Source of the DNA: Deltaproteobacteria bacterium
Lineage (GTDB): Bacteria > Desulfobacterota > BSN033 > UBA1163
Length of the DNA stretch: 64,000 bases
Reading direction: 5' to 3'
Assembly: GCA_018333535.1 (NCBI GenBank)
Contig: JAGXTA010000071.1
Location: 99,100 to 163,099, forward strand
The notes under the pieces are model-generated. The model worked only from the letters and a program-made list of their open reading frames with translations. It searched no databases and was not told the origin of the DNA. Shown here in pieces: positions 36,812 through 46,392 of the stretch. Within the stretch, counting starts at the first letter, position 1. Every line of letters begins with the position of its first letter. The position numbers and the translations under genes were made by a program.

Positions 36812-39097
36812 TTACTTTAATTTCTCTAACACACTCTTCGCCTCTTCGGCTCCTGCAAACTTAGCGTCCAATTCAAGGGCTTTTTTCAGCTCCCTCTTTG
36901 CATTTTCGTTATCACCATTCTTAAGGTAAGCCATTCCAAGATGGTATCGCATGACAGGATTGTCCGTAATTTTTTCATTCGCCTCTTTCAAATAAGTAAT
37001 CGCACGGGTGAAAATATTCTTTTTGTAATAAACCCATCCGAGGGTATCCGAGATGTGGGGGTCATCCGGAAACTGTTCCTTTGCGCCTTGAGCTAAATTC
37101 AAGGCTTCATCAATATTCTCACCCTTCTCCGCATAGAGATAAGCTAGGTTATTGGCTGCAGGGGCGAATTTAGAATTAATTTTCAGGGCCTTCTGGTAGT
37201 ATTCCTTGGCCTTCTCATACTTCTTCTGAGTGTCATAGATAATGCCTAATCCCATGAGGGCAGAAAGAGAATCCGGCGCCTTCTGGAGAGCGGCACTGTA
37301 TCCCTCGATGGCCTTCTCTGTTAAATTCTGCCGGATATAAAAACTGGCAAGGGAGGTATGAAATCCTGCAACATTGGGATTGAGTTCGATCGCCTTTTTA
37401 TAATTCGTTTCTGCCTGGTCCGCCTCTTTATTTACCTCGTAAAGACGACCCAGCATATTGTAGAAAAAAGGATTTTGTGGAGAAGCCTTAATCTGTGCTT
37501 CCACCCTCTCCAATGCCTTTTTGCTCTCTTTCTGGTTCATGTAGACGACGGCAATGAGATTAAGCGCCTCTAAAAAATTTGGCTGGAGGGACAATGCCTT
37601 CTCAAATTGGGGTAATGCATCCTTCTCCCTCTTTTGCACCAAAAGGATTCGTCCTTTATGGAAATATCCGACTGGATTATTGGGCGCGATCTGAATGACT
37701 TCTTCAAAAGACTTGCTGGCTTTCGGGATATCCCTCTTCAGGAGATAGATGTTTCCAAGGATCAGATGGGCCTGGATCGATTTAGGGTCTCGTTTCAAAA
37801 TCTCCTGTGCTTCCTCAATGGCTAAATCTAAAGCCCCTGTCCTGAGATGGATATCTGCAAGCAGCAATCTCCCTTCAATCCAATTGGGGTTCAGTTTAAC
37901 CGCCTCGGCCAGCACCGTCTTTCCCTGCTGGATATCCCTGTTGCCGAGATGGGCAAGGCCGAGGAAGTGATGGGCCATAAAAGATTTTGGATTATCTTTG
38001 AGGTAAGACTGAAATAAATTAATGGCATCATTGAATTCAGTCTTGACCAGATAGAGGCGGCCCTTGAGGAATATTCCTTCATCGCTTTTGGGATTGATCT
38101 CAAGGATTTTCGCAACCATCTCAGAGGCCTTATCAAACTTACGATCATTAAGGTGGACTTCGGCCAGTTTAGCCCTTGCAGGAATATTTTTCGAATCCAC
38201 CTCGAGCGCCTTCTGGTAGGCCTCAATGGCCTTCTCTTTCTTCCCCCAGATTAAATAGAAGTCTCCCAGATGGATGTGAGAAAGGACCTTCTTGGGATCT
38301 ACTTCGATAGATTTGATGAATTGTTTTTCTGCATCCTCCATTTTCCTTAAAGAAACGTAGAAATTTCCCAAGGCAATGTAAGTATTTCGGTCTTTAGGTT
38401 CGATTTTAATCACCTCAATCAGTTCAGCCTCAGCCAACTCGGCTTTCCCTGTTCTCCGATAGAATTCAGCCAGTCCATATCGAGCCTTTGTCGATTTTTC
38501 ATCGACCTGGATGGCCTCTTTGAATGTCTGTTCTGCCTTAGCAAAATCCTTCTTCATAATATAAAGGTTGGCTAAATGGAGATGGGCTTCAATCTTCTTG
38601 GGATCTTGTTCGATCGCCTTCTTCGCCTCCTCAATGGCCTTGTCCAGATTCCTATCCACAGTATAGATGGAGCTCATGAGCAGACGGCCCGAGGCATTGT
38701 TTGGATCTTTTGCTAGGATCTTTTCGGCCTGTTCTTTTGCCTTCTGGGGGTCTCTTGACAGGAGAAAGAGATTTCCAAGCTGAAGTCTCGCTTCAATTAA
38801 ATCGGGGTTTAACTCAATACTTTTCGAAAACTCAGAAAAAGCCTCCCGAAACTCTCTCACTCCTAAGTGGGTGAGCCCGAGTTTGTAACGGGCCTCGGCA
38901 TTCTTGGGTTCGATCTGAAGAACATTCTTGTATTCGATCATGGCTTCTTTGAATTTGTTTTGCGCGAAATACTTCTCTCCCCTCTTCCAGTGCTTCTCCT
39001 TTTTTGCTTCCTTGCTGCAACCCGATAATCCGGACAGAATGAAGCAAAAAAGAATGATAAAAACAAAAACCGATCTCCTCTTATTTAAAAAGTCCAT
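36812..39097 (-). CDS. TPR lipoprotein, PrsT-like (PEP-CTERM system associated)
   Basis: Lipobox LSGC, many TPRs, NNLAY...DTLGW C-terminal pattern; PEP-CTERM genes nearby. Confidence 0.8.
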   Translation of the reverse strand: MDFLNKRRSVFVFIILFCFILSGLSGCSKEAKKEKHWKRGEKYFAQNKFKEAMIEYKNVLQIEPKNAEARYKLGLTHLGVREFREAFSEFSKSIELNPDLIEARLQLGNLFLLSRDPQKAKEQAEKILAKDPNNASGRLLMSSIYTVDRNLDKAIEEAKKAIEQDPKKIEAHLHLANLYIMKKDFAKAEQTFKEAIQVDEKSTKARYGLAEFYRRTGKAELAEAELIEVIKIEPKDRNTYIALGNFYVSLRKMEDAEKQFIKSIEVDPKKVLSHIHLGDFYLIWGKKEKAIEAYQKALEVDSKNIPARAKLAEVHLNDRKFDKASEMVAKILEINPKSDEGIFLKGRLYLVKTEFNDAINLFQSYLKDNPKSFMAHHFLGLAHLGNRDIQQGKTVLAEAVKLNPNWIEGRLLLADIHLRTGALDLAIEEAQEILKRDPKSIQAHLILGNIYLLKRDIPKASKSFEEVIQIAPNNPVGYFHKGRILLVQKREKDALPQFEKALSLQPNFLEALNLIAVVYMNQKESKKALERVEAQIKASPQNPFFYNMLGRLYEVNKEADQAETNYKKAIELNPNVAGFHTSLASFYIRQNLTEKAIEGYSAALQKAPDSLSALMGLGIIYDTQKKYEKAKEYYQKALKINSKFAPAANNLAYLYAEKGENIDEALNLAQGAKEQFPDDPHISDTLGWVYYKKNIFTRAITYLKEANEKITDNPVMRYHLGMAYLKNGDNENAKRELKKALELDAKFAGAEEAKSVLEKLK

Positions 39098-39233
39098 CAG
39101 CCTTCCCCCTTCATGGATTGTTTGAATTAACCAGATTCATTTCAATTCTATCATAATACCGTCTTAAACTCAATGCCCCCCGCCTTTCCCCTGGCCAACG
39201 GGTTTCCCTATTAAAACGTCTGAGGAAACGATC

Positions 39234-39425
39234 TTGATCCGTCCAGAAAAGGACCGGCCTATCCTCAAGGCAGCAATCCATTGCAGAGCAACTCATCTCC
39301 TCACAGGAGATGTTAAAGATTTTGGACCATTTACGAACCATCCTGATCTTACAGGGGGTGTTCTTATTCAGACGGTTTCAGAATTCTTGGATAGCTTTAT
39401 GAAACCAAGGAGCAAACCCCGTTAG
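39234..39425 (+). pseudogene. C-terminal fragment of a PIN-domain toxin
   Basis: KDRPILKAA...HLLTGDVKDFG without the N-terminal PIN Asp motif. Confidence 0.65.
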
Positions 39426-39828
39426 AAATTCTAGTCCCGCTTTAGCGGGACATTATTTCTAATATCCTCATTCTCCGTCGTCCCTCGTCAATCGTCTATC
39501 CTCTCTCCTCCCTCCTCTATCGTCCATCGTTCATTGTTTATTGTTCATAGTTTATAGTTCATCGTTCATAGTCTTTCCCCTACCGCCTCCTGTGTTTTCT
39601 TTGATCTATCGTCCCTCGCTCATCGTCTTTTGCTTTCTGTCTTCTGTCTTCTGCCTCCTACCTCTTGCCTTCTCCCTTCACCTTTTTATTGTTTATTGAT
39701 CACTGTTTGCTGATCACCGATTACTGATCACTCCTCTCAAATTGCAATATTGCAGGCCTGACCCCAAAATCGAAGTTCCAAAAGTATTTTCCTTGACTTT
39801 TGTAACTTATAAATTACAATATATTACG

Positions 39829-40302
39829 ATGAAAATTCTCATGGATGCAGATTGTTTGATCAAATTGACTAAGGCTGGACTAAAAGAATTTATCTGCCAG
39901 AATGAAAAAATAGTTATCCCCGGAATCGTTAAGAGAGAAGTTGTGGATGCGGGTAAGAGCAAGGGGCATCCAGATGCTCAATTAGTTGAGGAAAATATCC
40001 GACATGGGCTCATCACTGTAGTCAAAGAAGTTACATTGAATCATGTGAAAGGTGATCAGGCCCTTGTGGCCATGTTTAAGCGAGGGCGATATACAGCCGT
40101 GGCCACCGATGACGCAAAGTTAATCCGCATTCTCAGAGCAACTGAAATTCCATTTGTTCTCCCTGCTCTGCTTATTTATTCGATTTATTGCAGAGGGTTG
40201 ATCGGTCAAGCAAAGGGCCTGAATTGGTTGGATAAACTATCGCCCTTCATTAATGAAGAGGAATATAGTGTAACAAAACTTTTATTGGAGGAAAGGCCAT
40301 GA
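39829..40302 (+). CDS. PIN-like toxin
   Basis: ILMDADCLIK, VATDD motifs; ATG at 39829 downstream of a TTGACT/TACAAT promoter. Confidence 0.7.
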   Translation: MKILMDADCLIKLTKAGLKEFICQNEKIVIPGIVKREVVDAGKSKGHPDAQLVEENIRHGLITVVKEVTLNHVKGDQALVAMFKRGRYTAVATDDAKLIRILRATEIPFVLPALLIYSIYCRGLIGQAKGLNWLDKLSPFINEEEYSVTKLLLEERP

Positions 40303-40583
40303 AAGTAAAATCTATCAGAATTCCCGAGGAAATCGATCAAGCTATAGATTATGTTGCGCGTTCTGAGAAACTTGAAAAGACAAGTTCCCTTCGCAAACTA
40401 ACAAGAATGGGCTTCGAAGTTTATGTGGCAAAGTTATATGAGAGGGGTAAACTGACCCTCCGTGAAGCAGCTAATCTCTTACATCTAAACCTGATGGAGA
40501 CCATAGATCTCTTGAGTGAAATGGGTGTCAAAGGTAATATCAAAGCAAAGGATGTTATGGAAAGTTTAAAGGCATTATCTTAA
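40299..40583 (+). CDS. UPF0175-like antitoxin
   Basis: RHH-like N-terminus, LYERGKLTLREAA; ATGA overlap. Confidence 0.7.
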   Translation: MKVKSIRIPEEIDQAIDYVARSEKLEKTSSLRKLTRMGFEVYVAKLYERGKLTLREAANLLHLNLMETIDLLSEMGVKGNIKAKDVMESLKALS

Positions 40584-40817
40584 ATCAAGAAGCAAATTAT
40601 TTTAAAAAAGTCCATTAAAGTTGAAACGTCCAAGAACAGAATATTGGAATGGAAAGCCCTTGGGAAGAAAGTCTCATCAAATTGGGATGGCCTCTCAGCC
40701 GTCGAAGAAATCCGCCAGCAAAGGGAGAAGGTACGGTGAAAAGAATAACTCTCGACAGTTCTGTAATCGTATCGTCGCTCTTAGAAAAGGAGCTTCGTCA
40801 TCAGGAAGCTTTTGAAA
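40583..40817 (+). pseudogene. Partial duplicate of the TA module at 58276-58610
   Basis: ~235 bp nearly identical to 58328-58564. Confidence 0.85.
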
Positions 40818-41109
40818 TTCAATTCTGCGGCAGGTTGTGAATCTACTCCCCAATGGAAAACCCCTTTCGTCCCTCCTAAACTGATCACCGATTACTGATC
40901 ACTTCTCACTATTTTTCGTCTCGTCTCTCGTCTGTCGTCCCTCGTCAATCGTCTTTTCTATATTCCTGCCTTCCTGGCTTCCTTATTCAACTTTGGAGTG
41001 GAATCTATTGGGGAAAAAAGAGAAAACCACTTCTACTTTTTTAAGGTCTCTAATTTACCGAAATTTAATATCACGAATGAAAACGAATGGTTACTGAATA
41101 AATAGTATT

Positions 41110-41125
41110 TGGCATAGGACTTGCG
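41110..41125 (+). promoter_or_regulatory. Sigma-54 promoter
   Basis: TGGCATAGGACTTGCG. Confidence 0.7.
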
Positions 41126-41173
41126 TTATTACTAAGCTTAGTAAAATGCTTGCATCTCGAGGAGGATTAAAAA

Positions 41174-41305
41174 ATGCGAAAAGTACTTTTTTTAAGTTTG
41201 TTGATGTTGGGGCTCGTCTTCGGGACAACACCGGCTAGGGCTGATATCTTGGTAGTAGACATTGGGCTTTCGGTTGGACAAAACCCAAAAACAATGTTAA
41301 TTTAA
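41174..41305 (+). pseudogene. 5' remnant of a secreted protein (signal peptide only)
   Basis: GGAGG RBS; MRKVLFLSLLMLGLVFGTTPARADILV then early stop. Confidence 0.6.
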
Positions 41306-41346
41306 TTCTGGTTCTTAAACCAAAGGAGTAATGTTGGTATTCAGAT

Positions 41347-41754
41347 ATGAAAGAGGTTTTGTTTAATAAACTTCAGAGGCTTAAGGAAGAAACGAAATAT
41401 CTGGTGGATAACAAGCCTAAATTATTCCGGAACTTGAAATCCTCTGTTGAGACGAAGAAGATTGTTGAGCGTTCGGTTTATCTTTGTGCTGAAATTGTTC
41501 TCGATATTGCGGATCTGATCATCATTAAAAAAGGATATCCGAAACCGACGACTTACAGCGATTCAATCTATAAACTCGGAGAATATAACCTGATTCAAAA
41601 GGAGTTTGCTCGAAAATTTGTGCATATCGCTGGCGTCAGAAATTTCCTGGCTCATGACTATCAGAAAAATACTGTTCCCGAGTTGGAAAAGTTCCTGAAG
41701 TATGGGCTTAACGATCTCAAGAAATTTATGAAAGCTGTTGAGGCGCTATTGTGA
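41347..41754 (+). CDS. HEPN (DUF86/HepT-like) toxin
   Basis: RNFLAHDY R-X4-H motif. Confidence 0.85.
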   Translation: MKEVLFNKLQRLKEETKYLVDNKPKLFRNLKSSVETKKIVERSVYLCAEIVLDIADLIIIKKGYPKPTTYSDSIYKLGEYNLIQKEFARKFVHIAGVRNFLAHDYQKNTVPELEKFLKYGLNDLKKFMKAVEALL

Positions 41755-42152
41755 AAAAAGAAAAAAAAGCTATCGTTGAGATACTTATCAAAAGATCCGA
41801 TGTTCTTTTTGCGTACCTTTTCGGATCGAAGGTAAAGGGCTATGCAAATAAGCGGAGCGACTGGGATATTGCTATCTATTTCAATTCATCGATAAAGCAG
41901 AATAGCCATTGGCCCGCATTTGAACTCGAGGCTGAATTATCGAGAGCCGTCAAAGCGACCGTACAGGTTACTGCTCTGAATTCAGAATTATCCCCCGTCT
42001 TCGGCTTTGAAATAATTAATGACAGGGTTTTGCTCATCGATAGAGACCCAAATTTCAGAATGGATTTCGAAAATAGAATATTAAGGCATTACCATGATTG
42101 GCAATATTTTCTAAATAGGCAAATCGTTGCAGAGAGACAAACGACAATTTAA
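41751..42152 (+). CDS. Minimal nucleotidyltransferase (MntA-like antitoxin)
   Basis: YLFGS...SDWDIA. Confidence 0.85.
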   Translation: MKKEKKAIVEILIKRSDVLFAYLFGSKVKGYANKRSDWDIAIYFNSSIKQNSHWPAFELEAELSRAVKATVQVTALNSELSPVFGFEIINDRVLLIDRDPNFRMDFENRILRHYHDWQYFLNRQIVAERQTTI

Positions 42153-42263
42153 TAAGTGCTGCTGTGTTGCAGTCCTGCTGGGAAAAACCAAGTTAATAGG
42201 TTAACAAGGTAATGAGTTAATAAGTGCTGCGGTACTGATGTGCTGCAGTTAAAGTTAAAAAAC

Positions 42264-42299
42264 AAAGGCCCATTGGCCGAAAGGCTGATGGGCTTTTTT
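42264..42299 (+). terminator. Rho-independent terminator
   Basis: GCCCATTGGCC-GAAA-GGCTGATGGGC hairpin plus T run. Confidence 0.7.
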
Positions 42300-42347
42300 G
42301 TGGACAAAATCGAAAAACAATGGTATTCTTAAAAAAAATTAAAAGTT

Positions 42348-42770
42348 ATGAATGAACGTCGCTTTAATTTAGAACAGATCTGTAACCATTTTGGAGTGTT
42401 GGTTCTTTATGCCTTTGGCAGTCAGTCAAAGAGGGTAAAAGAATGGTTGGAGGGACATCAAAATAGACTGCCTTTAGATTCGGATGTAGATATTGGAGTC
42501 AGAATGATACCAGGCGCGAAATGGTCTATTGTGGCTAAGGTCTCTTTGGCCCTGGCATTGGAAGACCTTCTTGGTTGTAAAAGGGTTGACCTGGTATCAT
42601 TATTAGACGCAGATCCATTTCTGGCAGCGGAGATAATTCGAGGTGAGCGATTTTTTGCCTCTGATGAACTCGGGGCCGATGAGTATGAGTTATATGTTCT
42701 AAGAAGAGCCGGAGATCTTGCCCAGCTTGAACGAGAGCGGATGGCTCTGGTTTTGGGTGAAACAACATGA
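42348..42770 (+). CDS. Minimal nucleotidyltransferase (MntA-like antitoxin)
   Basis: YAFGS...SDVDIG...VDLV. Confidence 0.85.
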   Translation: MNERRFNLEQICNHFGVLVLYAFGSQSKRVKEWLEGHQNRLPLDSDVDIGVRMIPGAKWSIVAKVSLALALEDLLGCKRVDLVSLLDADPFLAAEIIRGERFFASDELGADEYELYVLRRAGDLAQLERERMALVLGETT

Positions 42771-43225
42771 CACCTCAGGCTATTTCCAAAAGGATTGTTA
42801 CGGACCGTTTTGATATAGTTGATAATCTTCTACGAGATATTCGGGCTCTTCCATTGACCGACAAATCTGACTTTTTCTCAGACAGTCGAAACATTTGGGC
42901 GGCAGAGTCGTGTCTACGTCGTAGCCTCGAAGCCCTCTTTGATCTGGGCCGTCACATCTTAGCCAAAGGTTTTGGACTTGGAGTCACGGAATATAAAGAG
43001 ATAGCCCTCCGGCTTCACAGCCAAGGTATCCTGAATGATGAAGAATCAAAATTGATGCAGATTCTTGCGGGTTACCGAAATCGATTAGTCCATTTTTATC
43101 ATGAGGTATCCGCAGAAGAGCTATACGAGATCTGTGCAAATCGGTTGGGTGACCTGGAATTGATTCGAAACGGTCTAAGGGCTTGGTTAAGAGAACATCC
43201 TGATAAATTAGACTCTACGTTATAA
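42767..43225 (+). CDS. HepT-like HEPN toxin
   Basis: YRNRLVHFY motif. Confidence 0.87.
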   Translation: MTPQAISKRIVTDRFDIVDNLLRDIRALPLTDKSDFFSDSRNIWAAESCLRRSLEALFDLGRHILAKGFGLGVTEYKEIALRLHSQGILNDEESKLMQILAGYRNRLVHFYHEVSAEELYEICANRLGDLELIRNGLRAWLREHPDKLDSTL

Positions 43226-43330
43226 TATCGCAGTTAAAAAGTTTTGAATGAGGAGTGCTGAGTTTTGAGTTATTAGACTAAAGGGCTGCGGTTAGGAAAT
43301 TCAAGTTAATAGGTTAAAAAGTTAATGAGA

Positions 43331-43367
43331 AGAGCCCATTGGCTAAAAGCCTTTGGGCTCTTTTTTT
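43331..43367 (+). terminator. Rho-independent terminator (same family as 42264)
   Basis: AGAGCCCA...TGGGCTCT plus T run. Confidence 0.7.
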
Positions 43368-43604
43368 AAACCCAACAAATTTATCCCACTTGCCCCGTAG
43401 CAATAACATACGGGGTGAAATGCGGCCTGCCCTGTGGCAGTATGGAGTATGAAAACTACTCCACGGGGAGCCTATTTCACTGGGACCCAAGCAACCCAAT
43501 ATGTAGAAAGACTGGTGGACTTTTTGTTATAGATGAAACGGAAAATTTTGGTATTGATATTTGGCATTTACCATTATATAATGGCAATTATTTGGAGGGT
43601 ATCC

Positions 43605-43829
43605 ATGGAAACGACATTAGATAAATTTGGCAGGATAGTGATCCCAAAAGAAATTCGTGATGAGCTTTGTTTAAAGCCCGGGGAAGCGTTGCAGGTTGAA
43701 AAATCTAGTGATAAGGTCATCTTAAAACTGCTGAGAGAAGAACCATCATTACATATGAAAGAGGGTGTGCTGGTGTTTACAGGCACTGTGACGGGTAATA
43801 TTAAAGATGCTGTCCGTATCTTGCCTTAA
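43605..43829 (+). pseudogene. Orphan, 3'-truncated AbrB/MazE-type antitoxin (paralog of 53096-53359)
   Basis: METTLDKFGRIVIPKEIRD; diverges after AVR; no toxin gene follows. Confidence 0.7.
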
Positions 43830-43867
43830 AACCCTCAAGCGACCTTATTCCTGTTTTCCTGGCTTCC

Positions 43868-44743
43868 TTATTCTCTAAACTGTCCGGTATCGACCCACTC
43901 TTTTTTTAAAACAGACCAGAAATCCTCTGCAAGTCCCTTCACCACATACTCATAAGGCAGCCAGCCATATCCCCCTTCCCCCCAATCCTTTCCCCAGGAA
44001 TTTCGTATGAGGAGAGCGCCGGTCGTTTCCACCTTCCCGTATTTATTTTTGATCTTCATCTTATCATCATACCCAACCGCAACCACCGCATGTCCGCCTT
44101 CGATCTTTTCCCTCGGAGACGGAAAAGGGATTTTACCGCCCTTCTCTGCCTGCTCGATGGAGTTATAGACGGTAAAACCGAACATGGCGGGATGGCCCTT
44201 GGAGAGATAGGTCTTTAGCCTGTTCAACACCTCTTCGGGTTTGATCCTTGGTGGATCATGCCTGAAATACTTGATCGTCTGGTAATTCTGCGCAAAGGCA
44301 TAGCAAAAAGCCGGAGGTTCCTGATCAAACCGCTTATCATCATCCGAATAAGGCCAGTGCTCTTCGGGAGGCACCCCGAATAGCACCATTGCGCCCATCG
44401 TGCTTCGAAGGTAGGCGCCGGTATCTCCCTTCATCTTCATCAGATTGCGCGTCACCTTATAAAGAAAAAGCCTCGAGGCATCGATATGCCTTCCAAAAGC
44501 CTTTCTCTCATAATACTCAATCACCCCTGCCCCTGCATGGGCGGTGCAGGAACCGATCCGTCCCTGGTCCTCGATGGGCGAGCACCATGGCCGGAGATCC
44601 GAAGATACCGGTGTACTCCTGGCCCTTAACGAGCTTTTGGGTCCGAAGATCAACCGAACCTCATCGGTCTGGTCCGTGTAATCCCTGAAATCCGGATAAT
44701 CCGGAATCCACCCCATCCCATGTCTCTTTTCGTTATGATCCAT
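43868..44743 (-). CDS. Papain-like C1A cysteine peptidase
   Basis: QGRIGSC, GGHAV, IRNSWG catalytic motifs; ATG at 44743 with GGAGG RBS. Confidence 0.9.
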   Translation of the reverse strand: MDHNEKRHGMGWIPDYPDFRDYTDQTDEVRLIFGPKSSLRARSTPVSSDLRPWCSPIEDQGRIGSCTAHAGAGVIEYYERKAFGRHIDASRLFLYKVTRNLMKMKGDTGAYLRSTMGAMVLFGVPPEEHWPYSDDDKRFDQEPPAFCYAFAQNYQTIKYFRHDPPRIKPEEVLNRLKTYLSKGHPAMFGFTVYNSIEQAEKGGKIPFPSPREKIEGGHAVVAVGYDDKMKIKNKYGKVETTGALLIRNSWGKDWGEGGYGWLPYEYVVKGLAEDFWSVLKKEWVDTGQFRE

Positions 44744-44811
44744 TGTCTGTCTCCTCCCTTCTAAAGATAGATGAGAACGCAATTGAATTTCCTGGCCTTC
44801 TTTTAAGAAAT

Positions 44812-46079
44812 TCAATTTGCGCTATTCTTGAACGGTCGATAGAGTGGATCGCCTATCAAGATCATTTGCCAGGACCAGTATGGATTGGATAACGCATAAC
44901 ATTCAGCTAAGGTCAGCCGTCCCTCTATGAGAAGAGCAAAAAAAAGATCCGGCAATGGAAAGGCCTGGACATAAGGCTCAGCCACAGGTCCTATGGTAGC
45001 CGCCACCCCTTTTTCGAGCATCCTCTTGCACCAGACCTGACTTTCTTTATTCTTCAGCGTTACACATTCCCCGCTTGCAATATGAAATCCGACAGCTCCC
45101 TTAACCCAGGTAAAGGCATCCACATACCGGGCTAAACTGTACCATCCGCAATAAAGCGCGGCATCCGGACACTGTCCGGGCTGGAAAAGGGTCTGCTGAG
45201 AATCGAGGACAACCGGCATGCGACGGCTTTTTTCAACCAGATGGGCGGCGTTATATATTGCCTTATCGTAAAACGCATAGCCTGTTAACTCCCCGGCAGG
45301 TTTATCACCCGGATTCGGCCAACGCGCATCGAAATAGGCTTTACCACGAAGTCCCTCCTTTTCGGCCTCGAGACTATCATCAATCATGCGGCGGACAATC
45401 GCTTCTTCAGGACCATCCAGGCGGCTTACCAGGATGACTTGCCGAGGCATATTTTTAATCTCTTTCCCACGGAACCCCAAGAAAAATTTATTGGGAAGCA
45501 TATTCTCAAGCGGATAAGAATCCTCCCTGACCAGAGCCAACTCCGAATCAACAGCAGCCCCCAGAGAGACCTTTCGCACAGCCTGGATCTGCTTCCTGAT
45601 GCTCACCTCTTCTTCTTTCAACCCCTTCAGTTTTTGGTCATCCTTTTCCTGCTCTGCCTTCATGATCCGGTCACGAAGGGCATTGTATTGTTTTTGTAAA
45701 CCCGATAACTCTTTTTTTCCTGACCCGTCAGCTCAGGAGGACGGACTCGCAGCGGGAGGCCATACATGGTAACCAGACACAGGAATTTATTGCCTTCCGG
45801 ATCATTTTTCTTAAGGAACGTCCTGATGGGGGCGGCAATATACTTTTCAAAGTCATTCCTGCTGCATTCCTCCTCCGATGAGGTGTTTAGCAATATCAGG
45901 TTGTTTGAGGGAATATGCCGTTTCTCCATATAATATTTAGCCAACTCCACACTGTGCCACGCCATCTTATTGGCAACGACTACTATATTTTCAGGTGTCA
46001 ATCCCCAGCAACCGGGTTGTTCTCCAAAGATTGCGCATGGAATAAACAAAAATATAAATAAAAATATTTTAACCCTCAT
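44812..46079 (-). pseudogene. TIGR03790-like protein (PEP-CTERM-associated), split by a frameshift at an A7 run
   Basis: N-part ENIVVVAN...LAKYY; C-part AAVDSELAL, GWYS, HIASGE, EPYVQAFP, GDPLYRPF; one extra A at 45712-45718 fuses the two ORFs. Confidence 0.7.
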
Positions 46080-46321
46080 GGTATCATCTAATCTTTTCTA
46101 TATCGATTTATCAACGATCAGGCTTAAAGATTCCTTCTTTCCCATTATAATTTTACTCTATCCAATTTACAATTCAAATGAATAGTTTTATCCCATGGTT
46201 TCAGAAAATCGAAGACTTTATGACGGGGTTTACTTTTTTCAAGTATCTGCTATAATCAATTTTAAATTGACCTGCCACCAGCCGGTAGATTTTCCACTGA
46301 CTGAAACCAGCCAAGGGGAGT

Positions 46322-46365
46322 AAAAAAAGAGCCTGACGATCCTATGACCGAAAGGCTCTTTTTTT
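46322..46365. terminator. Bidirectional terminator
   Basis: AAAAAAAGAGCCT...AGGCTCTTTTTTT. Confidence 0.65.
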
Positions 46366-46392
46366 CACTTATTAACTCATTCTCTCATTAAC

